A stretch of DNA of 64,000 nucleotides from Puccinia triticina (lineage: Eukaryota): positions 1,798,001-1,862,000 of the forward strand of contig CP110439.1 of NCBI GenBank assembly GCA_026914245.1, in the 5' to 3' direction. The notes under the pieces were generated by a model. The model saw only the letters and a program-made list of their open reading frames with translations. It was not told where the DNA came from and did not search any database. How positions within the stretch are numbered: the first letter of the stretch is position 1; each line of letters opens with the position of its first letter. The position numbers and the translations under genes were made by a program. Shown here piece by piece: positions 57,228-64,000 of this stretch.

Positions 57228-57950
57228 TATGGAGCTCCGCCCAATGCTAGGCCGGCGGCAGCGCTGGGAGGGGAAAGATGTGCCTGGTGGCTGCCCTCAC
57301 GGATCGGTCCAGAAGAGTCATGGGGATGCGAAGCGATAGCTGGGGGGGGAAAAGTGGTTTTGATTTTGTTTCGCCGGGGTTTGGATCCTCGGCGGCGGTT
57401 GGGCTTTGTTGATAGGATTCTGGATGGGTGATTGGGACTTCTTTTGGATGTCGGACTCGGATTCTTGACTCTTGACTCGAGATGGCGGATCAGAATGCCA
57501 TGCCGCTCCCCTCCTCCAAGTTCTGCGAACTTGGACTCGGGGAGGCAACATGTCACATACATTTCATCATCTCCTTGCGCGCCGTGCGCGCGCACACAAC
57601 ACAACACACAGACAAAAGACAAGAACAAAAAAGAAAAACAAGAAGCAAAACCAAAAGAAAACAACACAACAGATCACACAGCCTAAGAGATGAGAAAGAC
57701 ATGACACACACCAGAGAGAAGAAAGAAAAGAAATAGATAAAACAAACAGAAGACAAGGAATAAAACCAACAGCACAAACTGTGTTAGGACCAAGAAAAGT
57801 AGAAAGGGAGAGGGGATAGAGGAATAAGGACAAAACAAGAGAAGAAAGGGTAGTCTGAGAGCCTTGAGTCTTGAGAGTCTTGATCTTGAGATGAGCGCCG
57901 GTGGAATTTGAGAACTGAAAAATAATTTGACTACCGGGTTGACCACCACA
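57228..57950 (-). mobile_element. Solo LTR related to Gypsy-1 (diverged), TG..TA ends
   Basis: Colinear with 506-1217, 4-bp TSD GCGG. Confidence 0.92.
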
Positions 57951-58589
57951 GCGGGTATCAGGCATGCAAAATGTGTGCCACATACACAAATTAAGCTTGT
58001 GTCAATAGTGATGTTATGTTCAACTCAGGCTGATATCATCTTCATCCTAACCTTATGGCAAATTCCACAACTTCACCTCACACAATGCTCAACTCCAGCC
58101 TGACTCAACCTGGAACACATTCCATGGTTTTTCCAGCTGAGGATCCTGAAATTCATGTGTCCATCAGAACAGGCCAATCTTGGTCAACTTCACTGTGACC
58201 AGGCAGGCTCAACTGATCAAGCCACAAGGGGACCTCAGGATGTATGCATCTCCTGGTTATCATTTCAGGGTGGTACAATCCAACTTCTCTGTCAGATAGA
58301 CCTGAAGTGAGAGGAGGTGGAAGACACCATAATCATCTCTTACCTGCCTGGTGTGTTGCAAAAATTTTGTTCAGGCCAAACATTGTTCAAATGTGATGTA
58401 ATTAGCATCAATTTTTCAAATTGCCTGACCACTGGAAGCACATGATCCCCTGGGCTCCACAGTTTAAAATTTAATCATCACCAGACCTGAGTAGTGGCTA
58501 CCTTATCCAGGATTGTACCTTAAGTTATAAAGTGTGTGAACAAGTGTGGTCTTGGAATCACTATTGTTGCCAACCTCATTTGACAGAGT

Positions 58590-60235
58590 TTTGATGCCAG
58601 GGTTGTACTGGCCATTTGAGGGAGTGTCACCTCAATGGCCAACACAAACCTGCCATCAAGAGGAGTGTGCACTCTGTTTAATGGCAGAGTTGTACCAGCC
58701 TTTGAAGGGAGTGTGTACTCCCTTCAATAGCTGCTACAGCCCAGCTAATGAAGGAAGTGTGAATTTCTCCTCATGGATGGTACAGAGCACTGGTTAATTG
58801 GATACAACCTGCTTATGATGGCTGATTTATACCAGTCATTGATGAGATTTTCAACTCCTCTTGATGGCAATTACAACTTGGACATAAATTTCACCCTCAA
58901 ATTTGGGCAAAATGCAGGGTGGAAATGGTTGAACAGGATCTTGCGAAATTTCTGGCCTACTTCAAAGTTGGACCTGTAGGATGCAGCTAGTGGGAAACTC
59001 CCTTCAATGGCCAGTTTTTACTGGCCATCAAAGTGATTGTGTCTCCTCAATGGCTGGTACAACCCAGCCATCAAGAGGATTTCTCACTCCCCCACTCCCT
59101 TTGATGGAAGAGTTGCACCAGCCATTAAAGGGAGAGTGTACTCCTTTTGATGGCAGATACAGCCTATCAATCAAAGGGAGTGTGAGATCCCCCCAATGGC
59201 TGGTATAGCTCAGAAATTGGATGCAGACTCCCTTCAATAGCTGTTTTTCACCGGACATTGAAGGGAGTTCAAAATTGGCTTGATGGCTGTTACAATCAAA
59301 GCCCTTAGATGGCTGAGTTGTAACAGACATTGAACAGGGTGTGTACTCCCTTTGATGGCCAGTACAACCTGGCCATCAAAGGGATTCTGCCTCTGATGGC
59401 CAAGTTGTACCCGCCATCAACTCCTCTTGATGGCGGGTACAAACTGGCCATGAATGTCACCCTGATGTTTGGGCAAACATCAGGGTGACAATTTTGAGCA
59501 GGATATTAATGTGGCATTGATGGCCTATGTCCAGATAGACCTGTAGGATGAAACTAGCAGGCAACTCCCTTTGATGGCCAGGTTTTACTGGCCGTCAAAG
59601 GGAGTGTTTCTCCTCAATGGCGGGTACAGCCCTGCCATCAAGAGAATTCTCCACTCCCTTTGATGGCAGAGTTGTACCAGCAAAAATGGAGTGTGTACTC
59701 CTTTTGATGGCCGCTGCAGCCCAGCAATTGAAGGGAGTGTGAACTCCCCGCAATGGCTGGTACAGTGCGGACAGTTAATGAAGGCAGCCTCCCTTTGATA
59801 GCCGGATTGCACCGGACATCAAAGGAAGTAAAAACTCTGTTTGATGACTGTTACAACTCAGCCATCGAAGCCCTTTGATGGCTGAGTTTCAACAGCCATC
59901 AAACAGGGTGTGTACTCCCTTTGATGGCCAGTGGAACCCGCCATCAAAGGGAGTCTGCATCCAAATCAATGGCCAAGTTGTACTCGCTATCAACTCCTCT
60001 TGATGGCAGGTACAACCTGGCCATAAATGTCACCCTGATGTTTGGGCAAACATCAGGGTGACAATGTTGTACAGGATCTTCATTTGAAATTGCTGGCATA
60101 TTTCACAGGTGGACATGTAGTATGCAACTAGGGGGTGACTCCCTTTGATGGCTGGGTTGTACTGGCCATCAAAGGGAGTGTGTCTCCTCAATGGCCAGTA
60201 CAAACCTGCCATCAAGAGGATTCCCAAATCCCCTG
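58590..60235. repeat. Palindromic tandem array (ACTCCCTTTGATGGC..GCCATCAAAGGGAGT) with a ~570-bp higher-order period
   Basis: Repeated units, with a landmark hairpin TGTCACCCTGATGTTTGGGCAAACATCAGGGTGACA near 58890, 59455 and 60028. Confidence 0.85.
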
Positions 60236-60389
60236 ACTGGGCACCATCACCCACTCTCCAGGTCATCATGGTCAAGCAACAGCTGCAGGAAACCACTAGG
60301 ATACAAACAATATGGGTCATAGGGAGAAACCAGATAATTCACATCTGCATCCAGATAGCTCATGTGAATAAGGTGGCTAAATATGGTCG

Positions 60390-61503
60390 CACCAGGGGAG
60401 ACTTTGACGCACTCTCCAGGGAGTGCCAGAGTCTAATTTTATGTTGTTCTGGGTCTGATGTGAGTCTGATGTGGAGAAGGAAATGATTGATAAATTCTTG
60501 AGAAGTCAATGGGAAGTGTGTCAGAAGTGATGCGGAATTATCACAGGACCTTGTGCAATGTTGTATAGAACCACTTAATTTTCTAAGTATAACTTAATTA
60601 CAATCTGTCATGGAATCATAGTTAATCAATACCCAACTATTACTCATTTATGGTGAATTTCTGTTGATCAATTTCTCTATGTCAAAGGGGTTCCAAACAA
60701 CATAAATGTGACCTGCGGGGGCTTTCATGGCTTTCTGACCAGTTTTTACTTGTAATGGAGCTGTGAAAGGCACCTCCAGTGATCTGTCACCCTAATGCAC
60801 GCGCGTACACAAAGGTGACATTGGCAAAGTGGGAAAAAACTCACATGCATGTGCATGGAGACATTGGAAAACAAACAAACACAAAAACAACTCACAAGCT
60901 TTATATATATGTTAAGAAGCCAGGATGTCTATCTGAAATCTGTGACCATACAACTCCAAGCTTGACTTGAATCATATTTTCACCCTACTTTCATCCTTCT
61001 TTGGCTCAATTCTAGATGATACTGGCCTTATTTAGGGAAATATGCCAATTCAGATGGGCCTTTCACATCATTCTAACAGGGATGTACATGTTGTTGATCC
61101 GCAGGAGGCCCAACCTGTAATTTTTAACAAACTTACACACGCGTACATGACAGTTACATTAGAAAAGTGAAAACAATTACCACCTTCATGCGCATATAAA
61201 TAATATGAATTGAAACCCAATCATTCATCTTAATTACCAAACACTTCAAATGGAATTATGCTTTGATTGTGGCCATTGTGTCTTAGTGGTTTCAACCGCA
61301 TTCCAGTTGTTTTCCAGTTGACTTCTGCATGACTTCTGGATGGTTTATGCCTGAATCCAGGATCAGTTTCAAATCATTTGTGGATTAGTTCCAGAATTTT
61401 TCATTAATTCTTGCACTACTTTCATCAAAGGCATCCAGCACAGTTGCCGAAAAAGGGTACAGTATGGCACTCTCTGGAGAGTGCGTCAAAATCTCCCCTG
61501 GTG
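60390..61503. mobile_element. Nested CACCA-terminus element
   Basis: ~38-bp TIR CACCAGGGGAGACTTTGACGCACTCTCC, flanks TCG/TCC. Confidence 0.72.
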
Positions 61504-62486
61504 TCCATGAGGAAGCCAAAACAAAATCTTCACAAATCACGCAAATGGCCTGTAATGAGGACAGAATCAGACAAGTTTAGGTAAGTATCTGGCAGTCATC
61601 ATGACTTATCTTCAAATCCAGATGCCTGAAGGATAGAATAAAATCCAAACTAATACTATCAGGAGTTACAGATGAGTTGCACTGAACTCATCATACTCTT
61701 ATACAATAGTTGCTAATAAGTTCGCCAACAAAGTTGAACAAAAGTTACCCACCCACATTGAACTGACTTCTGACCAAGTCAAAGATAAAGTTACGGTCTG
61801 GCACTCTCTAGAGAGTGCCTTACTTTCTCCCCTGGTGTGCCAAATAAGAAAAATGGATTTGTTGCTGAGCATGATTGATCCAAAAAATACCACCCAAAGT
61901 CTTGGAGAATCTATCTTATGTAGCCCAACTCCAAAGAGCTCATTGTGGACCTGGTTCAACAGTCATCCACCTATGTGAACTCAATGAAGACCATAAGGTG
62001 GCTTGGAAGTTGGATTGTACCTGTGGTACTCCTGAAAATAATGGTGGGTGCTTTGGGTGCTGGAAATTGGATTGACACTGTGAATATTCTAATGATAAAG
62101 GAGGGTACATTTGGCATCACTTGCTTCTGGTAGTGCTTCAATCAAGGCCATGGTGGTTCTGATGATAAGGGAGGGTGCTGCTGGCAATGGCAAAGGGCTG
62201 ATTGAAGTTCTCCAGGTCCTGGAACCTTGGTGGAGACATGCCAATGGCAGGACAATTGAACATTATTTTTTGCAAATCTCTTTACTGGGTAGACTTGGGG
62301 AATACATATATTTTTACTTGGCAGTAGTTTTTAACTCTTTTCTTGGCTCTGTCTTTAGCAATGAACCCAACATGTATTCCCAAATTTCAATCCAAGAAGA
62401 CTCTCTTTGAGCTTTGATTTAGAGATAGAGAGCAGCCCAAGGAGACTTAAGACAGCCAAAAAAGGGAAAGGTGGAGGGGACAATGG

Positions 62487-63544
62487 CAAATTTCTGTTGA
62501 TTGATTTCTCTATTTGCGTTTCACACAACGTAAATTAGAATGCGGGGGCTTTAATGGCTTTCTTACCAGTTTGTACTTGTAATGGAGCTGTGAAAGGAAG
62601 GCCCCTCCAGTGATCTGTCACCCTCATTTATGCGCGTACACAAAGGTGACATTGGCAAAGTGGAAAACAGCTCACATGCATGTGCATGGAGACATTGGAA
62701 AACAAACAAACACAAAAACAACTCACAAGCTTATATGTGTTAAGAAGCTAGGATGTCTAGCTGAAATTTGGTACCACACACCTCTGAGCTTGACTTGAAT
62801 CAATATTCCCTGTCACTTGGCTAAGTATATATTTGAGCATAAGGATAGGTAAATTATTGGCAAAAATTGTGTGCATTGAAGCTCAATTCCACAAATGTGA
62901 TCATGACAAACCCAACACAAAGCATCAGTGGAGAGTGTTCATGTGTTGGAATTGAGTGAAATATTATTCCAAAAGAACTTGAACTAAAGTTTCACCGGAG
63001 TTGGGAATAAAGTGAACAAAGAGTTAAAGTTAACATTGAACTCACATCAGACCTAATTCAATATAAAATGACGGCTTGGCACTCTCTAGAGAGTGCAAAA
63101 CATCCCCCCCTGGTGAGACAGGCATTTCACATCATTCTAACAGGGGTGTACATGTTGTTGATCTGCGGGAGGCCCAACCTTTGATTTGTAAAAACGTTGT
63201 ACGCGCTGAGGGCTACATTATCAAAGTGAAAACAATGAACACCTTCATGTGCATGCAAATAATATGAAGTTCCCCAAGAATTCATCTCAATTACCAAACA
63301 GTTAAAATTGAATTATGATTTGATTTTGGCCATTGTGTCTTGGTGGTTTCAACTGCGTTCCAGTTGACTTCTGCATGACTTCTGGATGATTTATGCATGA
63401 ATCCAGGATCATTTTCAGATCATTTGTGGATTAGTTCCAGAATTTTTCATTAATTCTTACACTACTTTCATCAAAGGCATCCAGTACAGTTACAGAAAAA
63501 GGGTATGGCACTCTCTGGAGAGTGCATCAAAATCTTGCCTGGTG
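62487..63544. repeat. Partial copy of the 60390-61503 element, with an extra CACCA right end near 63115
   Basis: Colinear with ~60655-61503. Confidence 0.72.
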
Positions 63545-64000
63545 ATAAGAATAAAATAAAAAGAGATGAACACCTAGGAGTGTCCCAAAGCACACTCTGC
63601 TCTTGAGGCATCCATGATGTGATGGTGCATTGAATATTCACTGTTTGGAGGCACATTTTCCCCAGACAAAGAACTATTCTTGGAACATCTCAAGGCACTT
63701 CAACTGCTACAAGATATCCTGTGTGGGATCTGTTGTGATTAATCTAGCTCAACAGATGGTTAGTGATGAGTAAAGGTGTGGAAGGATTCATTTCAAAAAA
63801 AGAGAAAGAAAAGCAAAGCAAAAGTAAAAGCAGAGAAAAAACCACTGACCCAGCTCAACGGATGGTGAGTGATGAGTACAAGTGTGGAAGGGTGAGGAAA
63901 AGAACTTCCAAACCCACCTATTGAACTAGGGCACTACCTAAAACACTGTCACAGACATTTGAAATACAAGTGAAATGGTTGGAAGCAGAAAAAACAGTGA

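Larger units (their letters stand above)
57159..61837. mobile_element. Non-autonomous CACTA/CMC-like element (CACCA termini)
   Basis: ~50-bp TIRs CACCAGGGGAGAAAGT..GGCACTCTCTAGAGAGTGCCAGACCGTAACTT, 3-bp TSD TGC. Confidence 0.8.

Overview
This is eukaryotic, intron-rich fungal DNA, most likely a rust (Pucciniales). That is inferred from the short GT-AG introns, the plant-type H+-ATPase, the repeat landscape and the TpCpG-biased decay. Host genes: TRP4, a CipC/DUF3759-like gene, CAND1, a P3A H+-ATPase with a solo-LTR-like insertion inside a coding exon, a TFB5-like pseudogene cut by another solo LTR, and a two-exon hypothetical gene. Most of the rest is nested transposons: a Gypsy inside a Copia integrase, a second Gypsy, an 8.3 kb non-coding LTR element holding a PIF/Harbinger-group transposon and MITEs, and CACTA-like elements with palindromic arrays. 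The most striking theme is retroelements that carry or apparently regenerate spliceosomal introns. Gypsy-1 has four homologous ~110-nt intron-like cassettes with hairpin-embedded donors. Three unrelated LTR families have an intron whose 3' end duplicates the upstream exon end. The insertion in the ATPase exon can be spliced in frame. Gypsy-1 also has a 50-nt PBS matching mature tRNA-Tyr positions 27-76, TG..TA LTR ends and a UUUUUUA -1 frameshift site. All calls are from reading the sequence; no searches were run.
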